DNA of 27,829 nucleotides from Caedimonas varicaedens (GTDB taxonomy: Bacteria; Pseudomonadota; Alphaproteobacteria; Caedimonadales; Caedimonadaceae): contig BBVC01000011.1 of NCBI GenBank assembly GCA_001192655.1, positions 1 to 27,829 on the forward strand, given 5' to 3'. Below the pieces are notes generated by a model. The model searched no databases, was not told the origin of the DNA, and was given only the letters and a program-made list of their open reading frames with translations. Of this stretch, positions 10,690 through 19,020 are shown piece by piece. Numbering within the stretch: position 1 is the stretch's first letter; each line of letters opens with the position of its first letter. A program made the position numbers and the translations under genes.

Positions 10690-11475
10690 ATGATTCTTTC
10701 TGATAAATTAGCTGATTTTTTTCTCTTTTTTAATCACGAAACAACACTTATTCCCTTGATTGTCGTGGGATTTATTGTCTTTAAGAGAAGTGTTTTTGGA
10801 CAGGCTTTTTATCTTTTACTTTTCACGATGATTTTTAATTCACTCTTGAAATCAATTTTTCAAATTCCTCTCTCTGCCTCTCTTGGCAAGGAAGGATTTG
10901 CTTTTCCAAGCGGTCATATGCAAGTTTCATGTGTTTTTTATGGATGGCTTATGATGGCATTCCCCTCTTTATCATTAAGAATTTTGCTGTGCTTTCTTTT
11001 AACGGGTATTGGTTGGGCTTTGGTTCATTTTGGTTATCACAATTGGCTGGATATTCTTGGCGCTCTTGGCTTTGGTTTTCTGACGCTGACAGGTTTTAAG
11101 ACTGTTTCTCATTATTTTGTTTTTCTCAAGAAAAAGCCGTATTTGGCAGGGATATTTTTATTGCCCCTCGCTATTTTAATGCTCGCCTGTCTTCATTGGA
11201 CGGCAAAAATTCCTGCTCATGCCTGGGTGGCTTTTTATGCACTTGTTGGATTTACATCTGGTTGGGGAATGGCCTATCACTCTCTTCGGGAAGCAAAATG
11301 GAAAGAAAAAGTCCTGGCTCTTTGTTTGTGTTTTTTAAGCATAACATTAGTCTATAGCCTCTTTCAGAAAACATCTTTAAAAATGCAACCTTCCCCTATT
11401 ACTCAATTACAGTACTTTATTGTTGCATTTTTGCTTCCTGTTTCCATAAGGCTTTTCCAAAAGAAGGTATTTTGA
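10690..11475 (+). CDS. PAP2-superfamily membrane protein, paralog 1, with partly degenerate phosphatase motifs
   Basis: 261 aa polytopic membrane protein. It has PSGH (motif C2) and H-NWL-D (the HxxxD of C3). Motif C1 reads K-SIFQIP-LS instead of Kx6RP, and the SR of C3 is AL. Clear similarity to the neighbouring PAP2 gene. Confidence 0.7.
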   Translation: MILSDKLADFFLFFNHETTLIPLIVVGFIVFKRSVFGQAFYLLLFTMIFNSLLKSIFQIPLSASLGKEGFAFPSGHMQVSCVFYGWLMMAFPSLSLRILLCFLLTGIGWALVHFGYHNWLDILGALGFGFLTLTGFKTVSHYFVFLKKKPYLAGIFLLPLAILMLACLHWTAKIPAHAWVAFYALVGFTSGWGMAYHSLREAKWKEKVLALCLCFLSITLVYSLFQKTSLKMQPSPITQLQYFIVAFLLPVSIRLFQKKVF

Positions 11476-11853
11476 TGTTCTGGACGATTGATCCGCACTG
11501 GATTTTAAACTTTAGGTGTGATGCGTTAACACTCTTTTTTAAAATATTTCCTTTTTTTGCCAGTGATTACTTTTTTATGTCCGCTATTGGAATAGGGTAC
11601 TGGCTGCGTCCTCAAATTCCCCTCTTTATTCACCTTGGATTTCTCATTCCTTTTTCAACGCTTATAAACCGCATATTAAAATTGATTTTTTCCATTCCTC
11701 GCCCCCCTTCTTCCTTGCATTTAATTTCCTTACAGGATCCATGGGGATTCCCCAGTGGTGATGCTCAGATAGGGACAGTCTTTTGGGGATGTCTTTTCCT
11801 GGCATCGTCCTCAAGGTTTGTCAGAATATTTTGTGCAGGGATGATTGCTACTA
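11475..11853 (+). pseudogene. PAP2-family phosphatase, paralog 2, N-terminal fragment interrupted by the IS630-type element
   Basis: The ATG at 11475 overlaps the stop of paralog 1 (TGATG). It contains K-LIFSIP-RP (C1) and PSGD (C2, with H replaced by D). The ORF then runs into the IS end and terminates inside it (track ORF 11472..11870). Confidence 0.85.
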
Positions 11854-11882
11854 TAGCTAAAAACCTTTAAAATGGTTATATT
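11854..11882. repeat. Left terminal inverted repeat of IS copy 1
   Basis: TAGCTAAAAACCTTTAAAATGGTTATATT versus the reverse complement of the right end, TAGCTAACAACATATAAAACGGTCATATT (24/29 identical). Confidence 0.8.
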
Positions 11883-11909
11883 ATGGATAATTTTTAAGAG
11901 GATTATTCC

Positions 11910-12735
11910 ATGACCTATTCATTAGATTTTAGACTTCGTGTTTTATCTGTAAAAAAGAAGAAAAATTTGAGTTTTGCTGAAACGGCGGATCTCTTTGGTG
12001 TTGGAGTGACCAGTCTTGTCAGATGGGTCAAGAAGCCTGAGCCTCAGACACATCGTCATAAACCAGCCACTAAGCTTAATATGGATGCCCTTAAAGAAGA
12101 TATACAGCTTTATCCTGATGCTTATCAGTACGAGAGAGCAGAACGTCTTGGTGTGAGCTCTATGCGGGATATGGCACGCTTTAAAACGCTTGAATGTGAC
12201 CTATAAAAAAACGCTCAAACATCCCAAGGCCGATCCAGAAAAGCGTGCTACTTTTTGTCAAGAGCTGAAAGCTTATGAAGAAGCAGGGCATCCTATCATT
12301 TCTCTTGATGAATCTGGATTTGCACACCATATGCCACGCACTCATGGTTATTCTCCAAAAGGAAAGAGATGTGAGGGGATTCATGATTGGGGAGCAAAGG
12401 GACGAACGAATGTCATCGGCGCCTTATTCCAAGGTCTGCTATTGACCGTGAGCTTGTTCTGCTTCTCGATTAATACCGAGGTGTTTACACAATGGATCAT
12501 TGACGATTTACTTCCGAAACTGCCTCCTAAAAGCGTCCTTATTTTGGATAATGCCACCTTTCATAAGGGAAAAGCGATGCAAAAAGCAATTGCTGAGGCA
12601 GGGCATATCGTGCTGTATCTGCCTCCTTATTCTCCAGACTTTAATCCCATCGAGCATAAATGGGCACAAGCAAAAGCAATTAGACGCAAAAAAAGGTGTT
12701 CTATCGAGCAATTATTTCAGGATAATAAAATATGA
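11910..12735 (+). CDS. IS630-family transposase, split into two frames (orfA 11910..12206; orfB frame open from 12157 to 12735). Either recoded or inactive.
   Basis: orfA has a strong SD (AAGAGGA, 7 nt before the ATG) and an HTH-like segment LSFAETADLFGVGVTSLVRW. The +1 frame continues with GIWHALKRLNVTYKKTLKHPKADPEKR, then the DDE triad context: ISLDESGF, LILDNATFH, YSPDFNPIE, with 34 residues between the second D and E. Confidence 0.8.
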
Positions 12736-12757
12736 CCGTTTTATATGTTGTTAGCTA
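12729..12757. repeat. Right terminal inverted repeat of IS copy 1
   Basis: Its reverse complement pairs with 11854..11882 (24/29). Confidence 0.8.
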
Positions 12758-13265
12758 TATGATGGCATCGAGAGTCTATCTAGGCGTTCATAGCCTTAAT
12801 GATGTTGTCGCAGGATTTCTTTTTGGAGTGTTGATTCTTTTTCTGTGGAACAATTCATACGTTCAGCGCGTTACGTCAAAATGGTTTGAAGGAAAGCGGA
12901 CAAGCCTTTACCTACTAATAGCCGCAATCTTATTATTATATCTTATCGTGTCTCACGGCGCGTTTTATTCTTCAAGGCTGCTGGCATGCGTAGGAGTGTT
13001 GTTGGGATATAGTTATTGCTTGCCTTATCTTCATGCACAAATTCCAATATTTCAGCCGCTTTCTTTCAAAAAAATTCTTATCATCATGGGATCTTTGGCG
13101 AGCTTGGTGATATTTGCCAAAAGTATGTCCTTTGCAGGGGAGAATAATTTTATCCTCTACAGCAGTGTTATAGTTAAATATGCCATTCTTGCAATGATGG
13201 TCTATATTTTTCTTCCAAAATATCAACAAAAAATCATGAAGATGAAATTTTTCTCTGAAAGCTGA
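12758..13265 (+). pseudogene. PAP2-family phosphatase, paralog 2, C-terminal fragment
   Basis: Contains the canonical C3 motif SRVYLGVHSLNDVVAG followed by several TM helices. It is in frame with the 11475..11853 fragment once the IS and one TA are removed (...CAGMIAT-MMASRVYLGVH...). Track ORF 12732..13265 starts inside the IS. Confidence 0.85.
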
Positions 13266-13644
13266 AAACTCTTACTTTATCAGCATTTTGATCTTGAGGC
13301 TGACACCAAACAACTTGGCAATATTACCCATAAAACTCCACACATCCCATAAAGAACAATCTTAAAGGACTTTAAGGCAAGGGGAAATACCCCGTGTGGA
13401 CATGATTGACATTTACATACGCGACACTGGTAATGTTGATGACCTTAAATATAGCTTAACATAAGAAGCAGAACCAAACTTCTTGTAAAACAACTTATCT
13501 ATGAAAAATTTTCTCTCATGAATAACCTAACACATAATCATTTTTTAGTTAAATATCTCGAAAATACAATGGCTGTTTTTCATGCTTGTTAATCATTTCT
13601 TTAGTATTATCTGACTATCCTGAAAATAATATTTTGTTAATCTT

Positions 13645-14007
13645 ATGGGGGACATCATAAAACAGCTTTTAGAAATATTCATCCTGTCTGCAGCTTTAAG
13701 TGGATGTGCATATGAAATAACCAGGCCTGTTGTCACTGAAAGTCCTGCTATACGTGAAATGTCTGTTATGGGTTGCCAGGAAAAACATAATCTTTGTTCT
13801 TCAACTTGTAAAAATGAACACCCAAATGGTGGCCCCAGTCGTGAAAAATGCTATAATAATTGTGAGCAACTATTAACGGTCTGCCTTGAATCATCTTCTC
13901 CAGTAATCATTGATCAAGAGCCTTCAGTGATTGTAGAACCCTATCCCCCAGTGGTTGTGGATCCTTATCCGGGTTGGTGGTGGCACCATCATCGACATTG
14001 GCGTTAA
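13645..14007 (+). CDS. Hypothetical small Cys-rich lipoprotein with a Pro-rich repeat and a W/H-rich C-terminal tail
   Basis: 120 aa. Hydrophobic N-terminus ending in a lipobox-like LSGC (Cys21). Six further Cys spaced Cx6Cx3C-x13-Cx3Cx6C. Ends in GWWWHHHRHWR. It is the only sizeable ORF in an otherwise non-coding stretch of about 0.9 kb. No obvious SD. Confidence 0.5.
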   Translation: MGDIIKQLLEIFILSAALSGCAYEITRPVVTESPAIREMSVMGCQEKHNLCSSTCKNEHPNGGPSREKCYNNCEQLLTVCLESSSPVIIDQEPSVIVEPYPPVVVDPYPGWWWHHHRHWR

Positions 14008-14194
14008 AACTCTTCGTTTTGGGCTATTTTCACTATAGTTATAACCATTCCTTGAATAAATTTTGATATTCTGCAAAACCTTTCGTCTTTTAAAATCTGA
14101 GCTCGAAGGACTAACCACTCGTCCATCTCACCAAATTTTGAAAGTCCTCAAGTATAAGATACTTATGTATTTTTTGATAGAAAAGATAAAAAAC

Positions 14195-14914
14195 TCACTC
14201 TTCCTGTTTTTCATAATTCTTAAAAAGCCGATCCATATCTCGACGACGTTCTTCAGGATAGCCCGAAGCTTCCTTATTTCCTTGAGCGAGAGTCTTGGGT
14301 TTTGCCAGGGCTTCCATCAAATCTTCTGCAGAACGTGTTTCCAAAATAGGTAAAATACTCTTTCCTGCTTCGTCTAAAAGAGGTTGTGGATGATAAAAGG
14401 CCGCAGGAATAGTGCCTTTGGGAAGAAGGCGAGAAAATAAAGCAGTGGCTTCAAGCAAAAACGGATATGAACGGGCAGTAACCAGTTCTCGAGGACGATT
14501 ATGAGGTTTCCATAAACTATTAACGATCAGAAAAACGGCAATACAAATAACAGCCCCTCGCCCAAATCCAAAAATAATGCCAAGAGATCGATCCAGCCCC
14601 CCTAGCACACTGGCTTTGACACGCAAGGAGAGAGACCGAGTCATGCTTAAAAGAGTAAACAAGGCAACAATAAACAAAACAATAATCGTTATCAGATCAG
14701 CCAAAAAAGAATTTCCCATCCAGGAACGCATGGGGGCTTGCAAGTAATGATGTCCCCAAAATGTGATTAAAACAGCTCCTGTCCAAGCTAATGCTCCAAA
14801 GAATTCGCGCGTGAACCCCCGAACGAGACCTATCAGAATCGATAGACTCATCACTGCAAAAACAATAAAATCAATATAATTAAGTGCAGCCGTAATTGTT
14901 TCCATGTCAGGCAT
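14195..14914 (-). CDS. cvpA: CvpA-family membrane protein (colicin V production protein homolog)
   Basis: 239 aa. The N-terminal TM helices (NYIDFIVFAVMSLSILIGLVRGFTREFF) are typical of CvpA. It lies downstream of radA, as in many alphaproteobacteria, and overlaps the radA stop by 8 nt. Confidence 0.8.
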   Translation of the reverse strand: MPDMETITAALNYIDFIVFAVMSLSILIGLVRGFTREFFGALAWTGAVLITFWGHHYLQAPMRSWMGNSFLADLITIIVLFIVALFTLLSMTRSLSLRVKASVLGGLDRSLGIIFGFGRGAVICIAVFLIVNSLWKPHNRPRELVTARSYPFLLEATALFSRLLPKGTIPAAFYHPQPLLDEAGKSILPILETRSAEDLMEALAKPKTLAQGNKEASGYPEERRRDMDRLFKNYEKQEE

Positions 14915-16316
14915 AGTGACTTGCTTTCTGAAGCGGTTGATCGACGATCAGGAAGTCCGCTATTATTTCTCCTAAAAATTTATGTTCTTTCAGTGTAAAC
15001 TGGAACCCTGCCATTTCACCAGTAAATTTTGCACCGCGCTTTTCAGGAATGTATGCTTTTTTGAAGCCAAGCTTGGCAGCTTCCTTTAAACGGGATTCCA
15101 TTTGCCCTACCGAACGGACTTCACCGGAAAGACCAATTTCTCCGCAAAAAATAGCATCATAGGGAAGGGGAATATTATGCAAGGCAGAAACCAACGCCAC
15201 CGATACAGCCAAATCAGCAGCTGGTTCAGAAATCTTCAGTCCCCCTGCAACATTTAAATAAACATCACGTTGTGCGAAGACAATGCCACATCGTGATTCA
15301 AGAACCGCGAGAACCATCGCAAGTCTTCCGGCATCCCAGCCAATAACCGCGCGACGGGGTGTCCCAAAAGAACTTTGCGCCACCAGCGCCTGAATTTCTA
15401 CCAGCACAGGGCGTGTTCCCTCGATTCCAGCAAAAACAGCAGATCCACTGACATGTTGGTGGCGTTCCGATAAAAAAAGAGCAGAAGGATTGGGAACTTC
15501 CATCAGTCCTTTTTGTGTCATCTCAAAGACCCCAATTTCATCCGTGGGTCCAAAACGATTTTTAACGGCACGCAGGATACGAAATTGATGTCCGCGTTCT
15601 CCTTCAAAATAAAGAACTGTATCGACCATGTGTTCCAGAACGCGAGGACCTGCAATAACGCCTTCCTTCGTGACGTGACCGACCATAATGATTGACATTT
15701 GGCGTTTTTTGGCAAGCTGGATTAGTTGATGGGTTGCTGCTTTCACTTGACTTACCGAGCCCGGAACAGAATCCAATCCTTCAAGATACATGGTCTGAAT
15801 AGAGTCAATAATCACAAGGGGGGTTACTTCTTTTTCAAGGGCAGCGATGATATCCTGAATTTGTGTCGCGGAAGCAAGTTTGAGAGAAGAAGCACTGACT
15901 CCCAATCGCACCGCTCTGGCGCGTACTTGTTCTACAGCTTCTTCCCCCGATATATAATAGCAGGGACGTTCTTGACTCAGGTGTGTTGCTACTTGCAATA
16001 AAAGCGTTGACTTCCCAATTCCAGGATCCCCTCCCACCAGAAGAACAGAGCCTGGGACAATCCCCCCTCCACATACGCGATCAAATTCAGCAATACCAGA
16101 AAAAAAACGGGGAACTTCAGGGGATTGGTCTTCAAGGTTTTCAAATTTAATAGAACTGGAGCGGTTGCGGTATTTCGACGTCTTTGTAAAGGGATTCGGG
16201 GTCACGCCTTCTTCCACAAATGAGTTCCAGCTTTCACATCCTCCACATTTTCCCGACCACTTAGGCTGAGTCATTCCGCATTGTTGACAAACAAAAACGG
16301 ATGAGTCCTTGGCCAT
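14907..16316 (-). CDS. radA: DNA repair protein RadA/Sms
   Basis: 469 aa. Zinc finger CQQCG...CGGCESWNSF, Walker A GDPGIGKST, the KNRFG motif, and a Lon-like C-terminal domain. Confidence 0.95.
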   Translation of the reverse strand: MAKDSSVFVCQQCGMTQPKWSGKCGGCESWNSFVEEGVTPNPFTKTSKYRNRSSSIKFENLEDQSPEVPRFFSGIAEFDRVCGGGIVPGSVLLVGGDPGIGKSTLLLQVATHLSQERPCYYISGEEAVEQVRARAVRLGVSASSLKLASATQIQDIIAALEKEVTPLVIIDSIQTMYLEGLDSVPGSVSQVKAATHQLIQLAKKRQMSIIMVGHVTKEGVIAGPRVLEHMVDTVLYFEGERGHQFRILRAVKNRFGPTDEIGVFEMTQKGLMEVPNPSALFLSERHQHVSGSAVFAGIEGTRPVLVEIQALVAQSSFGTPRRAVIGWDAGRLAMVLAVLESRCGIVFAQRDVYLNVAGGLKISEPAADLAVSVALVSALHNIPLPYDAIFCGEIGLSGEVRSVGQMESRLKEAAKLGFKKAYIPEKRGAKFTGEMAGFQFTLKEHKFLGEIIADFLIVDQPLQKASHYA

Positions 16317-16319
16317 TTT

Positions 16320-17087
16320 TTAACTCACGTCAATCTGGATAGGACCTTCTGTCCTGCCATGAGTAAATTGTTCAATATAAGGATTATTTGAATGTTCAAT
16401 ATCCTTTATAGGTCCTTGCCAAATAATCTGCCCCTGATAAATCATAGCCACCCGATCAGCAATACGTCGTGCACTGGCCATATCATGTGTAATTGTAATG
16501 GCTGTCGCCCCCAATTCCCTGACGCTGGCACGGATAAGATCATTAATCACGCCCGCCATAATGGGGTCAAGTCCTGTGGTGGGCTCATCGAAAAATATCA
16601 TTTTAGGATCAGAAGCAATAGCGCGTGCCAGGGCAACGCGACGTTGCATCCCCCCCGAAAGTTCAGCAGGATACAGATCAGCAACTTCTTTAGGCATTCC
16701 CACGGCGGCCAGTTTTTTGATCGCCAACGCCTTACCTTCTTGGCGGTTGACACGCTTTTCTTGCAGTAAACCAAAAGCAACGTTTTCCCATACTGGAAGG
16801 CTATCAAAGAGTGCCGAACCCTGAAAAAGCATGCTGATTTTTTGACGCGCTGCTTCCAGAACTGATTCAGGGGACTTAACCAGTTCCTGACCATCCAGTA
16901 TAATACTTCCGGTATCAGCTGGCAATAATCCCAAAATACATTTAAGCATCACCGATTTTCCGGTTCCTGATCCCCCGATGACAACGAGAGATTCTCCCTC
17001 ATGAACATCAAGGGTGATGCCCTGCAAAACCTTTTTTGTACCGAAACTTTTATGGACGTTTTTAAGGGTGAGGCGTGTGTTTGTCAT
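16320..17087 (-). CDS. mlaF: MlaF-like ABC transporter ATP-binding protein (phospholipid/toluene-tolerance type)
   Basis: 255 aa. Walker A GGSGTGKS, signature LSGGMQRR, Walker B IFFDEP. Coupled to an MlaE-type permease by an ATGA overlap. Confidence 0.8.
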   Translation of the reverse strand: MTNTRLTLKNVHKSFGTKKVLQGITLDVHEGESLVVIGGSGTGKSVMLKCILGLLPADTGSIILDGQELVKSPESVLEAARQKISMLFQGSALFDSLPVWENVAFGLLQEKRVNRQEGKALAIKKLAAVGMPKEVADLYPAELSGGMQRRVALARAIASDPKMIFFDEPTTGLDPIMAGVINDLIRASVRELGATAITITHDMASARRIADRVAMIYQGQIIWQGPIKDIEHSNNPYIEQFTHGRTEGPIQIDVS

Positions 17088-17860
17088 TTGTCAAAAAAAA
17101 TCGCTGTTAAAAGATAGTTGAAAAGCAGAATAAGAATAGAGGCTGAAACGACCGCATTGGTTGTTGCCATACCAACACCCTGCGCACCCCCCTTAGAATG
17201 ATAGCCTTGATAACACCCCATCAAGGCAATGAAAAATCCAAAGACGGCAGCTTTTACAAGTCCTGAGATCACATCAATGGCTTTTAAATAATCAAAGGTC
17301 TGTTTAAGGTAATGTCCCGGATTAAAGCCCAGCTTGTAAATGGAAACAAGATACCCCCCAAATACGCCAATAATATCCGCAACGATGACAAGTAGAGGCA
17401 GCATCGTCACACCTGCAATTAATCTGGGTGCTACAAGATATTTCAGGGGATTTGTAGAGAGCATAGACAGAGCATCAATTTGCTCGGTCACCCGCATCGT
17501 CCCGATTTCTGCAGCCATGGCAGCTCCAATGCGGCCTGCTACCATCAGTCCAGCCAAAACAGGGGCAAGTTCACGAGTGACCGACAAGACAACCACTGTC
17601 GCTACAGCGCCTGAGGCTGAAAAACGCGAAAACCCTGTATAGCTTTGAAGCGCCAGAACCATGCCTGTAAACATCGCCGTTAACCCTACGACAGGCAAGG
17701 AATAATATCCAATATCACTAAGTTGCCTTAATATTTGGCGGGGATAATAAGGTGGGCGCAACCCTGCGCTAAGGGACTGAAATGTAAAAAGCGTCAACTT
17801 TCCTGTTGTGGCGAGAAAACCAAGAAATAACTGACCAATTTTTTGAATAAATCTGATCAC
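17084..17860 (-). CDS. mlaE: MlaE-family ABC transporter permease
   Basis: 258 aa. MlaE-typical segments RELAPVLAGLMVAGRIGAAMAAEIGTMRVTEQIDAL. Confidence 0.82.
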   Translation of the reverse strand: MIRFIQKIGQLFLGFLATTGKLTLFTFQSLSAGLRPPYYPRQILRQLSDIGYYSLPVVGLTAMFTGMVLALQSYTGFSRFSASGAVATVVVLSVTRELAPVLAGLMVAGRIGAAMAAEIGTMRVTEQIDALSMLSTNPLKYLVAPRLIAGVTMLPLLVIVADIIGVFGGYLVSIYKLGFNPGHYLKQTFDYLKAIDVISGLVKAAVFGFFIALMGCYQGYHSKGGAQGVGMATTNAVVSASILILLFNYLLTAIFFDK

Positions 17861-19011
17861 GCTTTGTCCTTTCCCTTCAAATATTGCCGATAATAGCGCG
17901 AACCGAGAGATGTGAGAAGCTCATAATTGAATGTGTTCGCCTGCCGGGACAATTGATGGACTGTTTCATAAGAATCAAAGAGCGTTGCCCATGCGCCTGT
18001 GAAAACATGGTTTTCAGGAATATCCGTCACATCTGCGACCACAAAATCCATCGACACGCGTCCGACGATAGGTGCTGGATAAGTGCCAAACCATACGACG
18101 CCCCGATTGGATAAATTCCAGAAAAAACCATCTCCATAACCCAGTCCCAGCGTTGCAAGTCTGGAAGCGCGCTCACACCGGTAAGAGGCATTGTAGCCGA
18201 CAGGTTGGCCTTTGTGGGTTTCATTTAACTGGACAACGCGTGCTGATGCTTTGACGGCAGGGCGTATTTGTTCTGCAAAAGGAAAGGGACGCGCATACCC
18301 TAACAAACCCAGCCCGGGACGAACCAGGTCAAAATGATACGACTCTCCCAGCGTGATGCCTGATGAGTTACTCAGAGAAGCCTTGGTAACAGGAAGAAGC
18401 GACCGCATACGTTCAAAAACATTCCGCTGCGCTTCATTCTCAGGGTTTTCTATCTCTTCGCTGCTCGCCAGGTGGCTCATCACATAATCAAGCTGAAGTC
18501 CTTGGAAACTATCATTGTGTTGTGTGAGTTTCATAATTTCACGATACGATAACCCATTGCGTGTCATCCCTGTATCAACATGTAAAATTGCGGGAAGACG
18601 ACGACCCAACTGATGCGCTTGCAAACGCCATCGTTCTATCTGATCTCGATCCACCAACACGGGAGTCAGATTATATTCAAGAAAAACATCTTCTGTGTGG
18701 GGGAGTATCCCTGAGAGAACATAAATATGAGCTTCAGGGAGAACTTTTCTGAGTGCAATTCCCTCGTTCACAAATGCGACGAAAAAATGCTGGCATCCTT
18801 CTTGCCACAGAGTTCCTGCAACGGGGATCATTCCAAGTCCATAGGCATCTGCTTTTACAACGCCTGCAATGTCACAACCTGACCGCACACAGGATTTTGT
18901 GAGATGATAATTATGGACAATTGCTGAAAGATCAATTTCCAGCGCCATCGTCACGTGGGATGGAAGAGTGTCTGTACGTACAGAAGGGCAATGTTGGGGA
19001 GCAAGAGTCAT
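17857..19011 (-). CDS. alr: Alanine racemase
   Basis: 384 aa. PLP-lysine motif VVKADAYGLG and the C-terminal GRVSMD motif. The true start may be the internal Met at MALEIDLSAI. Confidence 0.88.
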   Translation of the reverse strand: MTLAPQHCPSVRTDTLPSHVTMALEIDLSAIVHNYHLTKSCVRSGCDIAGVVKADAYGLGMIPVAGTLWQEGCQHFFVAFVNEGIALRKVLPEAHIYVLSGILPHTEDVFLEYNLTPVLVDRDQIERWRLQAHQLGRRLPAILHVDTGMTRNGLSYREIMKLTQHNDSFQGLQLDYVMSHLASSEEIENPENEAQRNVFERMRSLLPVTKASLSNSSGITLGESYHFDLVRPGLGLLGYARPFPFAEQIRPAVKASARVVQLNETHKGQPVGYNASYRCERASRLATLGLGYGDGFFWNLSNRGVVWFGTYPAPIVGRVSMDFVVADVTDIPENHVFTGAWATLFDSYETVHQLSRQANTFNYELLTSLGSRYYRQYLKGKDKA

Positions 19012-19020
19012 TGACGTTTC

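Larger units (their letters stand above)
11854..12757 (+). mobile_element. IS630/Tc1-mariner-family insertion sequence, copy 1 (904 bp), flanked by a TA target duplication
   Basis: Boundaries were defined by comparing both copies with their differing flanks. TA lies at 11852-11853 and 12758-12759. Imperfect terminal inverted repeats match at 24 of 29 positions. It encodes an HTH plus DDE (DD34E-spaced) transposase. Removing the IS plus one TA restores the PAP2 reading frame. Confidence 0.93.

Noticed and set aside
14150-14176. Possible terminator hairpin AAGTAT-aag-ATACTT followed by a T-run, between the convergent lipoprotein and cvpA genes
   Set aside because: The stem is 6 bp and all A/T-rich, the T-run is separated from the stem, and it lies about 150 nt past the stop codon. 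This is too weak to call an intrinsic terminator.
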